Shown piece by piece: positions 1-15,257 of a stretch of DNA of 64,000 nucleotides. Position 1 is the stretch's first letter. Every line of letters starts with the position of its first letter. Position numbers and translations under genes: made by a program. Source of the DNA: Eledone cirrhosa (lineage: Eukaryota); the NCBI GenBank assembly GCA_964016885.1, contig OZ024742.1, positions 312,108,001 through 312,172,000 of the forward strand, given 5' to 3'. The notes under the pieces were generated by a model. It was not told the origin of the DNA. It did not search any database and worked only from the letters and a program-made list of their open reading frames with translations.

Positions 1-589
1 GAAAGTTATAAAATAGGCGGGTATGATCTATAGCCACAACAGTTTTTTTGTTTTTTGCTAGTATACCAGAGTACATAACTGATTATCTGATTATAATAGA
101 AGTCATTGCAACACCACCCACCACCAACATTAGCTAGCTTTACCATGGCTTTTTTTTTTTTGCTCACTAAAGTAGCAAGCCCACCCTAGTACATAGTAAA
201 GTATCATATTCTATGACATGATGTAATATGTAGGGTGTTGTTTATCTAGAAGGAGCTGTCAGTATTCAGCTGGTTGAACCAGACAATAATAACAAATCGG
301 TTGAGGATGAGGGGGAAGGGAAGTAGGTAGGACAGAGGGGATGTGGGGGGGAGGGGGTTAAATAAAAAAATAAATAAACAAAAACAATAATATAATATGT
401 TTCAAGTTTTACGACCAATATCAACAGTCCTGATCAACTAATTGCATGATTTCAGATATTGTGTTTTACAAGATTTGACATAAGTTTTGACGGAGACATG
501 GGAACTTTATAACTAACATGGAAAATGAAATTTTCTTGGGGATTAAAAAAGAAACAGTATTTTAATAAATCAAGTTGTCTGTGACTTAA

Positions 590-787
590 CCCTTTAGCAT
601 TTACATTACTCCATATAAACTATTGTATTTTCATGGTAAAGGCTTTACTTCACATAATATTGAATCTATGAGATTTTGATGTTACTTATTTTGAGAACAA
701 TACCTTAAAATCAGTATGAGTGGCTGGTTTGAACAGAAAGAGGTGAGGGAATTCTGGCTGGATATGACCGGTGTAAATGTTACAGGG
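590..787 (+). mobile_element. piggyBac-like MITE family B (~200 bp)
   Basis: Ends are TTAA|CCCTTTAGCA...TTACAGGG|TTAA. TTAA target duplication and CCC/GGG termini are piggyBac hallmarks. Four more copies are in the window. Confidence 0.75.
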
Positions 788-791
788 TTAA

Positions 792-1436
792 TTCTTATGT
801 TACTATATTTTAAATGAAAAACACTGTCTATTATTTTCATATCATTTTGAAAACAATAAATTTGTGATGATTTAGTAATATAACTTACTGATTATTTAGC
901 TAGTGTTTGCAACATAACTTAACCTGTTACCATTTAAACCGGCCATATCCGGCCAGAATTCCCTCACCTCTTTCTGTTCAAACTAGCAACTCATACTGAT
1001 GTTAAGGTATTGTTCTCAAAATAAATAAAATCAAAATCTCATAGATTCGATATTATGTGAAATAATTGTGTGAGGTAAAGCCTTTACTGTGAAAATACAA
1101 TAGTATATATAGAGTAATGTATATGCTAAAGGGTTAAAGGTTCTTACATAAAATTATGAAGGAAAGTTTTTAGAGAAATATAAAGTTGGTAGTTACAGAG
1201 TTATGATAAAATGCTCTCTGTACATGCTGTAAAGTGATTGGTGTTAGGAAGGGCATCCAACCTTTGAAACCAAGCCAAAAGTGGAATGTACAGGCCAGTC
1301 AAGCCTCAGCACATTACAGCCCGTAATGCAAGTAAGGAAAATAGACATTAAACAAAGATGATGTTGATAAACTTTGAAATAAACAGCTTTTTAGTGTGAC
1401 TCAAGAACAGTTTCAGGCAGTTTGGTATCAGAAGGG
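792..1436. mobile_element. piggyBac-like MITE family A, interrupted by a family-B MITE and an RTE/SINE tail fragment
   Basis: Ends in TTGGTATCAGAAGGG|TTAA. Internal AT-rich sequence matches the other family-A copies. Confidence 0.55.
923..1133 (-). mobile_element. piggyBac-like MITE family B (inverted copy)
   Basis: Reverse-complement match to 590-787, flanked by TTAA at 919-922 and 1134-1137. Confidence 0.75.
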
Positions 1437-1857
1437 TTAAGTAGGACAGGGATGGTCAGTCACAAGTTCAATTTATACATTACTACAAATAGTGTTGTGC
1501 ACCTTGGGACTCAGTTCATTTAAGTTACTCTTATAAACCTTGCCAATATAAATATTACCATTCTTTGGGATTACATATATTATTTTAACCTTTTCGATAC
1601 CAAATTGCTTGAAACTGTCCCAGATTCTATTTATCATACAAAGCTGCTCATTTTAAAGTGCTTCTTTTTATCTATAAAGCTTCCATTATAAGTTTATGTA
1701 ATAACTCTTATTAAATTATGCACCTAACACCAATTTAACTCTAAACATCCTATAATGATTTAACAGAAAATATTTGAAAACATTTGTTAATTCAAATGTT
1801 TTAGTATCTTCATTAATGGACAATTTGTTGTGAAATTTTGTAACATTTAGAGTATAA

Positions 1858-1975
1858 CGTGATGCAGTCATAGTGCTGTTTTGTACTTTTTTTAATGTGA
1901 TGCAGTTATAGTGTTGTTTTGTACTTTTTTTAATATGATGCAGTCATATTGCTGCTTTGTACTTTGCTAATGCAG
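1858..1975. repeat. ~38-bp tandem repeat, about 3 copies
   Basis: Unit is approximately TGATGCAGTCATAGTGCTGTTTTGTACTTTTTTAATG. Confidence 0.8.
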
Positions 1976-3059
1976 TTTCATGCAGAAGAGGTCATTAAAG
2001 AGTTTATAATAAGAAAGCCGGTTTGATTATTTACAAAATGATTTGAAAAACGAGATAATAGTTGAAAAACGAGATAATAGATCTTTAGCCTATCTGAGAT
2101 GTCAGTAGCTCCGCTTCAGTACTGACTTGGTCTATGTAGACTAATCCAACCCTTGCTAGCAAGGAAAGCAGATGTTAAAACGATGATAAAATGATCTGAA
2201 AATTACAAGTTATTTGTGGTGTTAAGTGTATTGGATTTACTGAGCATATAGTTGTGACAATAATTTCAATTTAAATCTTACTACAACCATTGTGTTGTGC
2301 TCTCATATAGTTAATGTTATATGACAACTCTAAAGTTAAGGCCTGCATTGGTTGTGTGGTTGTGTAACAATAAGAACATTGATCTTTAAAGGTATTGACA
2401 GTCAATCAACAAGATCCCAGACTTTGTCAAATCAGACCGAGGAAACAATATTTCCATTCGTCTTTCCAATATATTGAGATGCCTACGTATTAGAGATAGT
2501 TAACTTTATAGAGCTATAAATTAAAATTGACTGTTCCATCATTGTTTGAGCTGATTTAGACGTTTTTTTTTGCTGCTATTTCTAGCGTCGATATAAGCTC
2601 GTTGTATTGTCCTAATGCACTGAATAGAAAATTTCCATACAGTAATTCAGTGTTGCATCATGTTGATTCACCATGCGGTCTAAAAACGTCATGGTTCATA
2701 TGATATATATGCAGCTGGTCCCTTTGGGTAGAGCATATTCATATGGTAATTCAACGATACAACACCTTGTTCACCATAAGACCTAGCAGCCAGTGACATG
2801 GTATGTATGACATATTACTTTTGAATGAAACAGTTCTAGTTATGTAGAGGCCATTCCTATATTAAACATTATGTATACACTCTACTAATGTATTGAGTAC
2901 CTTACTTACTGTGGTTACCCTCGATTGAACCTGGGACACACACACAGATATATATATATCCACTGTGTGATGGGTTGGGCTCCGAAAACATGGTTCCGTT
3001 GTAAGACGGTTTTGGCGCGGTCAACTGGTCTGACCCTCCTCATAACAGAGCCATCCAGT

Positions 3060-3245
3060 TCCACACTGTAAACGTGGTTGGTGTTAGGAAGGGCATTCAA
3101 CTGTAAAATACCCAGCCAAATTTATAGTCCTCACCAGAGCAAGGTGCGACACATGGCCAACCCAGGCCAGACTTGCTTCTCAGTGTGGACGACCTGTGTA
3201 ACCCATGCCAGCATAGAAAAATGGCTGTTAAATGATGATGATAAT
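3060..3245 (+). mobile_element. RTE/SINE 3' module fragment
   Basis: Contains CACACTGTAAA..GGTTGGTGTTAGGAAGGGCAT, then CCCATGCCAGCATAG and a (TGA)n tail. Confidence 0.75.
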
Positions 3246-3887
3246 GATATATATATATATAGACATGATTTGGAGACACTATCATTAAAATGTTGAAGAA
3301 TGATCAGTACAGGCAGAATAGAAAATATAATTTGTTCTCTGCTCACTACTGACTTTTCTTTATCATTTCTTTTTTTGATTAAATGTAGTTATACTTCAGT
3401 ATGACCAGTTAGAGAAGGCTGTTGTTATATTGATGAGAAATGGAGAAATAAGTTAAAACCAATAAACTACTATCTCAGATCAAATATAATCCTCTATATA
3501 ACTACCATTTTTTTTTTCTTATGGATTGTATACATAACTAGCAAATAACTTCTTTTCATCTATATTGGTCTTTTCCTAGTTTGTCTGTGAGCTTGCTTTT
3601 AAGAACTGATCTAACCATAGAGATCTGAGAAGAAGTAAAGGAGAGAGGAAAAAATGGTTGTGGTAGTGATTGTGATGATGATGGTGGTGGTGGTGGTGCA
3701 ATCTCTTTCATCAATCTATTTTAATAGCTTTGTTAAGTTAGAATTTCGAGTGTGCAACTAACTATTTAGAATCCTAACATTATGGATTTGTATCGAACTT
3801 AGCTATGATCATTATCTACCAGCATTTTCTTTGCTGTCACCAAATTTACAAGACAGACATCCTGCTTCTAAAATTTCTCTTTCTCTC

Positions 3888-3936
<49 letters not shown>

Positions 3937-4331
3937 ATGTGTGTGGGGAGGGGGTGTATGTGTATATGTCAGTGTGTGTGTATATATATATATGCACACA
4001 CACGCACACATACTTGTGTGGTAAATGTAGAATTAAGACCATATATATCTGAGAAAGAGAGAGTAGAACAGAGAATGATAGAGAAGACTGTTAAACATCT
4101 GAAGGTGGAACTTTAAACATAAAAGAACAAGGATAAAAAAAAAAACCTATCTTGCATCAATTGTTAAACAAGATAACAGAAAAAGGTGATTTAATGAAGC
4201 AAATAAGGAAAATAACAATAGCAAAAACTACCATAAAAACAGACAAAAAGCAACCTCAATAGATCTATATAACTAAAGCTTTGATCAGCAGAGGTGAGGG
4301 TGACATTAGGTTAGGTCAGGAGGCAGATTAA

Positions 4332-4539
4332 CCCTTTTGGTACCAATCTGGACAAAACTGACTCTGGTTCTATGAAACGAAACCACACATTTTAAAAGGT
4401 TTCTATTTAAATGAAAACCATCCAATCATTTTATTTAAGAACCATATTTTAAATGACATTCTTAGTAGTGAAATAATTAATAAAGTTAGTAAATCTCTCA
4501 AAATTCTTCATTAATTAATGAAATAGAGTGATGAATGGG
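4332..4539 (+). mobile_element. piggyBac-like MITE family A
   Basis: Ends are TTAA|CCCTTTTGGTACC ... GAATGGG|TTAA. Confidence 0.65.
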
Positions 4540-4761
4540 TTAATGTTTGGTAGTAGTCATGTAACTATAGGCTGTAAAATGTAGCAGACATTTTTTAACA
4601 ATACTTATTAACCTGTGGTGTCATTAGAAAGAATGCCAAATGGACACATATTGAGGTCACCTAGACGAGGGTGTATGTTGTAAGGCCAGAAACACCCATC
4701 AGCTCCAAGTATTTGTATGAGTGGGTGTATGAAGAACTTTAAAAACATTATTTATTACATA

Positions 4762-5120
4762 GTCATAGACATGGCTGTGCTGTGAAGAATTTTGCTTTGT
4801 TACCACAAGGTTTGGGGTTCTATTCTACTGCGTGACACCCAAGGCAAGTATCTTCTACTTTAGACTTGGGTTGCTCAATGCCTTGCCAGTGAAATTGGTA
4901 AGCAGAAGTTGTACAAAGTCTATTATCCATGTCTCTTCATATTACATTTGACATCACTGGTGGTGATTTTTGCTTATGCATATCCTAAACTGTTCAGCAC
5001 TTAATTGATAAAATACAAGTAAGGTTGGCATCATGAAAGCCATTTTAGCCATAGGATTTTCCCTGAAAAATTCTCATTCAATCTATGTCTGCATGAAAAA
5101 AACAGATTTTAATACAACAA
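4762..5120 (+). mobile_element. old, degenerate tRNA-derived SINE
   Basis: A-box-like TGGCTGTGCTG, B-box-like GGTTCTATTC, CORE-like GGCAAGTATCTT and a degenerate RTE-type tail. Confidence 0.55.
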
Positions 5121-5342
5121 TCATTAGTATGATTATTTCTCTTTTACATGACTATTTTTCTCTATTTTATAATTGTTAAATAAATATGAAAGATATAGCA
5201 TGTATATATGAATACATTAACACACCATGTATACATATACATACACTAACACAGTGAATGTTCAGATGATAGTTGTTTTGAATGTAGGTTCAACTGGAAG
5301 CACAGGATAAACCTGCAAGATGTATGCTAATGGAAATACTAG

Positions 5343-5703
5343 TTGTTGTTTAGACTCACATCAGCCCTGATCAAACAAATCAAGAGCATTCAAACCATGA
5401 TCATCTTTTCTTTCTTTTTCAGTCAGTGTTTCTATGACTGTATTATCCAATGTGCTCTTCATCTTTTAAGACAGTAGGGTGAAATTTGAAAAAGATTTGG
5501 CTGCTATTATCAACAGATTCGGTGATCACATTGATGATCCCTTAGCTTGTTAAGTACAATTAAATATTGCTCAAACCAGAACCTACTGTCTTTAAGGACA
5601 AATAAAGAGAGGGTGCAATGGATAATGTAGTCAGAGGCACATTATGCTCAGAAAAGAAAAAAGATAGGATGATCATAGGTCTGATCAATCAGGGCTGAAC
5701 TAC
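5343..5703. repeat. inverted pair of a degenerate short interspersed repeat
   Basis: 5343-5545 and 5565-5703 are opposite-orientation copies (GATCA..CAGGGCTGA..CTAAACAACAAC end). Related copies lie near 2400-2590, 32610-32790 and 33005-33190. Confidence 0.55.
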
Positions 5704-5731
5704 AAGTGTGATTCCTGTTACCATTCCCAAT

Positions 5732-6060
5732 GAAGGTGCATGGCTTAGTGGTTAGAGCATTGGGCTTGAAATCGGGAACTTGTGAGTTCGATTCTCGGAC
5801 CGGGTGATGTGTTGTGTCCTTGAGCAAGACACTTTATTTCATGTTGCTCCAGTTCACTCAGCTGTAAAAATGAGTTGAAATGTCACTGGTGCCAAGCTGT
5901 ATTGGCCATTGCCTTTCCCTTGGACAACATCAGTGTTGTGTAGAAGGGAGACTGGTATGCATGGGCAACTGTTGGTCTTCCACAAACAACCTTGCTCGGA
6001 CTTTGCCATGGAAGGGAACTTTCTAGGTACAAATTCCATGGTTATTCATAACTGGGGGGG
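5732..6060 (+). mobile_element. tRNA-derived CORE-type SINE with a distinct 3' half
   Basis: A box TGGCTTAGTGG, B box GTTCGATTC, CORE-like TGTGTCCTTGAGCAAGACACTT. GTTACCATT near both flanks is a possible TSD. Confidence 0.8.
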
Positions 6061-6217
6061 TTACCATTTACATACATTGATTACAGACCTGAAATGTACT
6101 ACTTCATAGAACTTATTTACAGATAAGTGTGCAGAGCTATTTAGAGTCAACAGTTTTGTTATGTTGTTTTTTTATATTATAGACACCACAATGCCATTGA
6201 AAGGATACAAATTATTA

Positions 6218-6945
6218 ACCATTTCATTACCAATCTCTCTGAAGCTGCCTCTGGTTCTATGATACAAAACTATTTGTTTAAAAGTGTTTATATTTATCTC
6301 AAAATCTTCCAGCATAATATTTTATAAGATCCTTTGTTAAATTATTCTCCAAATACCAGTTTGATAAAGAGATCGTTAGATACATTACAAAATCCTTCAA
6401 ATTTTTTTTATTATTTCCAAAATTATTTGAAAATCATAGGCAGTGTCTTTCATTAGAAATATGGTAATGAAATAGTTTACCCTTTCATTAGCATATTTCT
6501 GATGAAATATATTGTCTATGTTTTCCAGTTAGATGTGAAAATAATTTTAAAAAAGTCAACAGAAATTTTAATAACTTTCTTGTAAACTGGTACTTGAAAC
6601 AAAATATCATGAGATAAAATTATGAGGGATGGTTTTAATTTAACTCATTTGATAACCAATGAACTGAATATGTTCCTAGTTTATTTTTCTAAAACCCTTC
6701 TACCATAATTTTATATAAGAAACTTAAGTTATGCTCCAGACACCAGCTTAATAATAATGAGAAAGTGAAATTATTGAATCCATCTAAATTCTTAGATTAT
6801 TTTGAAAATTATTTCAAAATTATAGACAGTGTCACACAATAGAAATAAGGTAACAATAGGGTTAAATATCTACATTTTAAAGTGGGTAAGCATATATCAT
6901 AAAACTTGAAGCAGTCTTGGATGGAAATTGGTATCAGAAGAGTTA
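6218..6945. mobile_element. cluster of nested or adjacent piggyBac-like family-A MITEs
   Basis: Repeated termini (TTAACCATTTCATTACC, GGTAACAATAGGGTTAA, GGTATCAGAAGAGTTAA) and shared internal motifs. Confidence 0.5.
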
Positions 6946-7847
6946 ACACATCAGAAGATACACCCCCATCATTTCAGTTAGCAATTGCTATAGACCTGTC
7001 ACAACAATGATTTTAATATGACAGATGAAATTTCAGGGAGAAAATTTAAAAACAAAATCTTATAAATTGTTCTGGAGAATGTATCTCAATCAACAAAAAT
7101 ATCAACATTTACAGATAAACATAATTTGATCTTTCTCTCTCTCTTTGTCTCTCTCACTCAAATATATCTAACTACATAACATACATATATACATACATGT
7201 TGCTTGAGATACACCAATGCATTATATATGTATATATGTGTAAATAGATGCTAATTTTATACGTATATAAATAGCAACATCCATTGATGAGGTGACTCTA
7301 TACACATACACACATACACACACACATTGGCAATTTTCTTTTAATGTGTGTGTGTCAGATGATGGAGTGTGCTAGACCCATCCAGCCTATGTGAGCATGG
7401 CAAAATGGAAAATGGATGTAGACTAACAATGATGATCTCTCTCTAGATAGATAGACAGACAGATAGACAGATGGAAAGGTAGATAGATACATACACACAC
7501 CATTATTAGACAAATACGAAATAGAAAAAAGTATGACTTAAATTATAAGTAAATACAGAAGAGTGTAAGTTTTTTTAGGTTTTGGAGGCTAAATCATGTC
7601 ATTTAAATACAGATCTACATGGGTGGTATAACGGGTCCTAGCTGTCTTTTTCAAAAGAGTTGATTACTATTTATAAAACAAATTAGAAACATTTTTTAAA
7701 TAAAAAAAATTCTTTGAATTTTACAGGAATAAAAGAACTTTGACAAATGATTATGGTATTCAACAAATACTCAGGAGTTTATAAAAACAGTACTTAGTGC
7801 TGGGACCCTGACGTGTTGACTGGATGTCAGATGGATTTTGTCTTCAA

Positions 7848-9052
<1,205 letters not shown>

Positions 9053-9395
9053 GGAGGCACATGGCTTAGTGGTTAGCGCATTGGCCTTGCAATCGAAAGG
9101 TTGTGAGTTCAATTCTCAGACCGGGTGATGTGTTGTTTCCTTGAGCAAGACACTTTATTTCACATTGCTCCAGTTTACTCAGCTGTAGAAATGAGATGAT
9201 AGGGACTGGGGTCCCTATCATTCCACTGCAAAGTGGTCGTGGAGGTGCCACGGCAAAAAAGCACCCAGCACTCACTGTAAATGAGGTTGGTGTTAGGAAG
9301 GGCATCCAGCTGTAGAAATCAAGCCAGAATCAGTTCCCGTCCCACCCTTGCAAGCAGGGAAAAGTGGACGTAAAATGAAATGATGATGATGATGA
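9053..9395 (+). mobile_element. young tRNA-derived CORE-type SINE (SINE-1), full length
   Basis: GGAGGCACATGGCTTAGTGG A box, GTTCAATTC B box, CORE-like block, RTE-derived 3' module and (TGA)n tail. Several near-identical copies are in the window. Confidence 0.9.
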
Positions 9396-9467
9396 TATAT
9401 ATATATATATATAAATATATATATACATGTATATGTATACATATTTATATACATATATATATACATA

Positions 9468-9513
<46 letters not shown>

Positions 9514-9535
9514 TATATATATATATACATATATA

Positions 9536-9569
<34 letters not shown>

Positions 9570-9585
9570 CATATATATGTATATA

Positions 9586-9985
9586 CCGCGGAGTGGGGAG
9601 ACCCAAGATGACCTGGGATGAGGTGATAAAAGCCGACCTTACCCAATTACACCTCTCAAAGGCGATGACACACGACCGTGACCTCTGGCGTCACGCAGTA
9701 ATACAGAGTACCCGACCTCCCATGGGTACAAGCTGAAGCATATAGACAATATGCCCCCACACCCCCCACTGCAAGGTGGTCGTTGAGGTGCCACGGTAAA
9801 AAAGCACCCAGCCCACACTGTAAATGAGGTTGGTGTTAGGAAGGGCATCCAGCTGTAGAAATCAAGCCAAATCAGTTCCTGTATGAGCAAGGCATGGTCA
9901 ACCGACCAGACACTGCCCACAACAGGAAAACCCGTCTAACCCATGCTAGCATGGAAGAACGGACGTAAAACTGTTGATGATGATG
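9586..9985 (+). mobile_element. RTE LINE family C, 3' fragment
   Basis: Encodes [18 protein letters not shown]...DRDLWRHAV* (RTE C-terminus), followed by a 3'UTR and (TGA)n tail. Confidence 0.85.
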
Positions 9986-10003
9986 ATATATATATATATA
10001 TTC

Positions 10004-10033
<30 letters not shown>

Positions 10034-10034
<1 letters not shown>

Positions 10035-12680
10035 CCAGGTGTCATACCGACCAGGTGTCATACCGACAGCCATTACTGGCACCCCAAAAGTCACACCAGT
10101 GCTGCTGCTGAATGTCAGAGACCTGGTGAAACTCAGTAACATGAGTAAAATTTCCTACCTGGGAGACTTAGTCATAAGCAATCAAGCATTATGCATGGCA
10201 CTAACCGAAACGCACCTGACAAGCAGTATAGCAGATGCAGAAATACATATACCGAAATATACTGTATTTCATTCGGACAGGAAGGAGAGAACTCATGGTG
10301 GGGTTGCTCTGTATATCCGTGAAGATGTCACACCAATTGTACTGTTGACACATTCAAACTCAGTCTGTGACACACTGATAGTACATATGAAGCAACTACA
10401 GACAGTAATATGTGTCACATATCGGCCACCCGATGCCCCCAGGCATGAGGGTAAATTTGAGGATAGCCTAAGTAGGGTAGAAGAGGTCCTTGACAAACTG
10501 GACCAAGGTCTCAACATTCTACTCCTGGGAGACTTCAACCTGCCAAAGGTCAAATGGTCTGAGGGCCACCTCCTCCCTGGAATGACGTCAATAGAACAGA
10601 GACAGACGGAATCCCTGCTGGCCCTCACACACAGGCTGTTCATGGAGCAAGCAATACTCCTCCCAACAAGAAGCGAAAATGTCCTGGACCTTTGTTTTAC
10701 AAACAACAAAGTGCTCATCCACAATGTAAAGGTGACACCAACAATTCTCTCGGATCATAACTTAGTAGAGCTAATGATATGTGGTCTAAGAGAACCAACA
10801 GAGACAAAACCACCAAGAAGCTCCGGGACGCTATCCAGCCTTAACTTCTACAAGGGTAACTGGAAAAAGATTAAGAGAGAAATCCGGAAGCAAACATGGA
10901 GTGAAAACACCGCCACACAAGACACTAACACACAATTTCAACACTTCATGACAACGATACACACTATATGCAAAAGGTTTGTCCCGGAGAAAAAGGCAAA
11001 CAGACACAAAAATCTCATTCCCAGAGATAGGAAAATCCTGATGAGACGTAGAACCAAGCTCTCAAACCAGTTGAATAGTCAACAAAACAAAAACAAGAAG
11101 GAATCCTATTTGAAACGTGCACTACTTGGCACCGAGATTGCACTCAAACTTTCCCATGAGAATGAGAGGGCAAAGAAAGAGAACAGGGCCATAGAAAACA
11201 TTAAAACAAACCCTAAGGCCTTCTTTAAATTTGCAAAAGAAACTGCCTCAGTACGCTGCAAGATTGGGCCACTCTTCCACACGGACGGTTCATTAACCGA
11301 AAACCCCCAAGAGATATGTGAAATACTGAACGAACAGTACAAAAGTGTGTTCACATGTCCACTGAGGCACATGCAAATAACGAAGCCAGAGGAGTTCTTT
11401 GATGCCACAACACTACATGAAGAAATAGCAACCATCAACCACATAGACATAACGGAGGAGGATGTGGTGTACGCCATTGATGAAATTAGAACAGACTCGG
11501 CTGCTGGACCTAATGGATTCCCAGCAGTTCTCTTAAAAATATGTAAACGGGCCTTAGCAACTCCACTGAAGATGCTCTTCAGAAGCTCCTTGGCTAGCGG
11601 TGTACTACCCAGGGAGCTGAAAGAAGGCACAATATGCCCTGTCCATAAAGGAGGTAGCAGAGCGGAGGCCAAAAACTATAGGCCAGTCTCCCTGACGTCG
11701 CATATCAGTAAGGTCATGGAGTGAGTCGTCAGAAAGAAACTGATCACTTTCCTTGAGGAAAATGACCGCCTGACTAGCACGCAACATGGCTTCCGCCCAG
11801 GAAGAAGCTGCCTTACACAGCTGCTACATCACTACAACTGGGTACTGAAACAGCTACTAGACAGCTCACATGTGGACGTGATATATCTTGACTTTGCGAA
11901 GGCCTTTGACAAGGTCGACCACGGAATGATATGTCACAAACTACACGAACTCGGCATAACTGGAAAAGTAGGTGAGTTGCTGCATGACTTCCTAAAGGAC
12001 AGAAGCCAGACAGTCGTAGCAAATGGGGCCCTCTCAAAGGAAACACCAATAACAAGTGGGGTGCCCCAGGGGACAGTCCTGGGACCACTACTGTTTTTGG
12101 TGGCTCTCTCAGACATGCCCTCTGTAGTACATACAGCAACATCCCTCACTAGCTATGCTGATGACACTAAGGTAGCACAGGCAATCAAAAACCCGGCTGA
12201 CCCTGCCCTTTTACAGCAGGATCTGGATGCCATATACAAATGGACGGAAGAAAACAACATGCAGTTTAATGCTGGCAAATTCCAAGCCCTACAATACAAA
12301 CCTCCAAACAAACCTGCAAACACAAATATAGTAGAACACAACTACACAGGACCAAGAGGGACCGATATCCCCGTGTCAAAATCGATACGAGACCTGGGCA
12401 TAGACATGAGCAATGATGCATCTTTTTCTTCACACATCATGAAAGTGGCGACAATGTGCAGACGACTCGCTGGCTGGATCTTGAGGACTTTCCGGACAAG
12501 AGACCGAGACACCATGTTGACACTATGGAGGACATTTGTCCTAAGCCGCCTGGACTACTGCTCCCAGTTGTGGTCACCCCATAGTGTCAAACTAACCACG
12601 GAGCTTGAGGCAATCCAGCGAAGCTACACCAAGAGGATTGCCAAGATGAGGGAGACAAGCTACTGGGAGAGGCTAAAGGG
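10034..12680 (+). pseudogene. CR1-type LINE ORF2 (APE endonuclease plus reverse transcriptase), one nonsense codon, 3' end truncated
   Basis: EN motifs LTETHL, GGVALY, YRPP, GDFN, LDL, SDH. RT motifs NYRPVSLTS, DFAKAFDKVDH, GVPQGTVLGPLLF, YADD, RLDYCSQLWSP. In-frame TGA at 11722-11724. Confidence 0.92.
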
Positions 12681-14118
12681 TCTTATACTTTTCCATGGCT
12701 CCTTCGTATACTCTGACTCTGTCTCTTTGGTTGTAGCCAGAGAACTGCATGCGGTTGATGAAGTGTTGGATGTATCTTTCCATTTCTGTTGGGTCGCACA
12801 TGCTGGACACATTCTTCATCACTCATACCATGGAAGGAGCCATGGAAAAGTATAAGACCCTCATCACGAAGGAGCCATGGAAAGTATAAGACCCTCATAG
12901 AACTGGACATGAAAGGAATTTGCCCACTATACAGGAGCAAATCATGGAATAGCTTAGATAGGCTAGACATAAGATAGGGAAGGCCACATCATGGTACGAC
13001 AACCAGAGATATCAGAGTGTCATGTTTGTGGACGCCACCCCTGGAGGGAAATTAGCTAACCAGTGTAGAAAGGCCCTGAGAAAGACCCACTTAAAAATAA
13101 AGGTGGTAGAAAAGCCAGGAACCACCATAAAATCCCTGATCAGCAAAACCTACCCTTTTAAGAAAACCCACTGTACCAATAGGAAATGTATCATATGTAA
13201 GGTGAACCCCTGGATAAACTGTAAAACTAGAAACGTAGTCTATAGCATAAGATGTACAGAGGGTACTTGCAGAAACATGACAACAACATACATAGGTGAG
13301 ACAGCTCGTAGCATAGGTGAAAGGATAGACCAACACTGGGAGGAACTAAAAGGACGAAAAAACGGGTCAGTACTATACGAACATGCTAGACAACAACATG
13401 ACGGTAACATAGACAACATAGAAATTAGAATAATATCTAAACATAGGAATGACCCAGCAGATAGGCAAATCAGAGAGGCCAGTGAAATAGAAATTAGAAG
13501 ACCAAAGCTAAACAGAAAGAATGAGTGGAACAACAACAACACCCAAACAAACAACACTGACCTAAGAGAAGTATGAATAAGTAAATAAAATAAAATAAAA
13601 TAAGATAAATAAATACATACAGAAGCACAATAACAACAAGCACATAAACACACACTAGTCACACAGCACACATAACACTATACACACACGCAAACGCATG
13701 CGCAAAGAAGACAAAATAAAATAAGATAAACAAACAAGCAAATAAATAAATAAATATATAGACGGACTGAATAAAAAATGGCGTAGACATACAACACAAC
13801 AGGAGGAACAAAGAATATAACACCACTGACGATGTTGCAGATGTGCAACGAAAGATTTATGTAAATTATGTAAACTATATATATGTGTTTGTGTCTATAT
13901 TGTATCTGTATTATTTTTGACCGTCGGTCAGTCAATGGCAACATTGAGGACCGAGTAAGTTAGATCGCAGATATAAAGGACAGCGAGACGCGAAAACCAA
14001 CCAAACAGTGAGTGTGTTCTGTTATTAATTCTGGCAATATTACGCAAATATGACCCTCCCCAAGTATAACAATATCTGTTTCGACACACGATTTTATATA
14101 AAAAACCTCGCTAAACTA
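12678..14118 (+). mobile_element. Penelope-like element, 5'-truncated with an inverted 5' segment and pseudo-LTR region
   Basis: 12678-12829 encodes RT-thumb-like RMQFSGYNQRDRVRVYEGAMEKYKT on the minus strand. The protein continues on + as ..PLYRSKSW..SVMFVDATP, then GIY-YIG. Confidence 0.85.
13022..13576 (+). CDS. Penelope-like GIY-YIG endonuclease domain (remnant of the PLE ORF)
   Basis: Cys-rich linker CxxxxCxxC..C, NVVYSIRC..C..YIGET.R...R..QH, SVLYEH, R.I.E..EI, LN motifs. Confidence 0.88.
   Translation: MFVDATPGGKLANQCRKALRKTHLKIKVVEKPGTTIKSLISKTYPFKKTHCTNRKCIICKVNPWINCKTRNVVYSIRCTEGTCRNMTTTYIGETARSIGERIDQHWEELKGRKNGSVLYEHARQQHDGNIDNIEIRIISKHRNDPADRQIREASEIEIRRPKLNRKNEWNNNNTQTNNTDLREV

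Positions 14119-15257
<1,139 letters not shown>

Noticed and set aside
310-358. G-run cluster with G-quadruplex potential
   Set aside because: Common low-complexity tract with no supporting context.
9053-9125. tRNA-like sequences with A and B boxes
   Set aside because: These are SINE heads with no complete acceptor stem, and they run into SINE bodies.
9066-9305. Recurrent [14 protein letters not shown].. (also at 32263, 52313, 57268)
   Set aside because: It is the antisense reading of SINE-1, and recurrence reflects repeat copy number.
11722-11724. In-frame TGA as selenocysteine or programmed readthrough
   Set aside because: The position is usually Arg/Lys in this motif, CpG deamination is simpler, and I see no SECIS.
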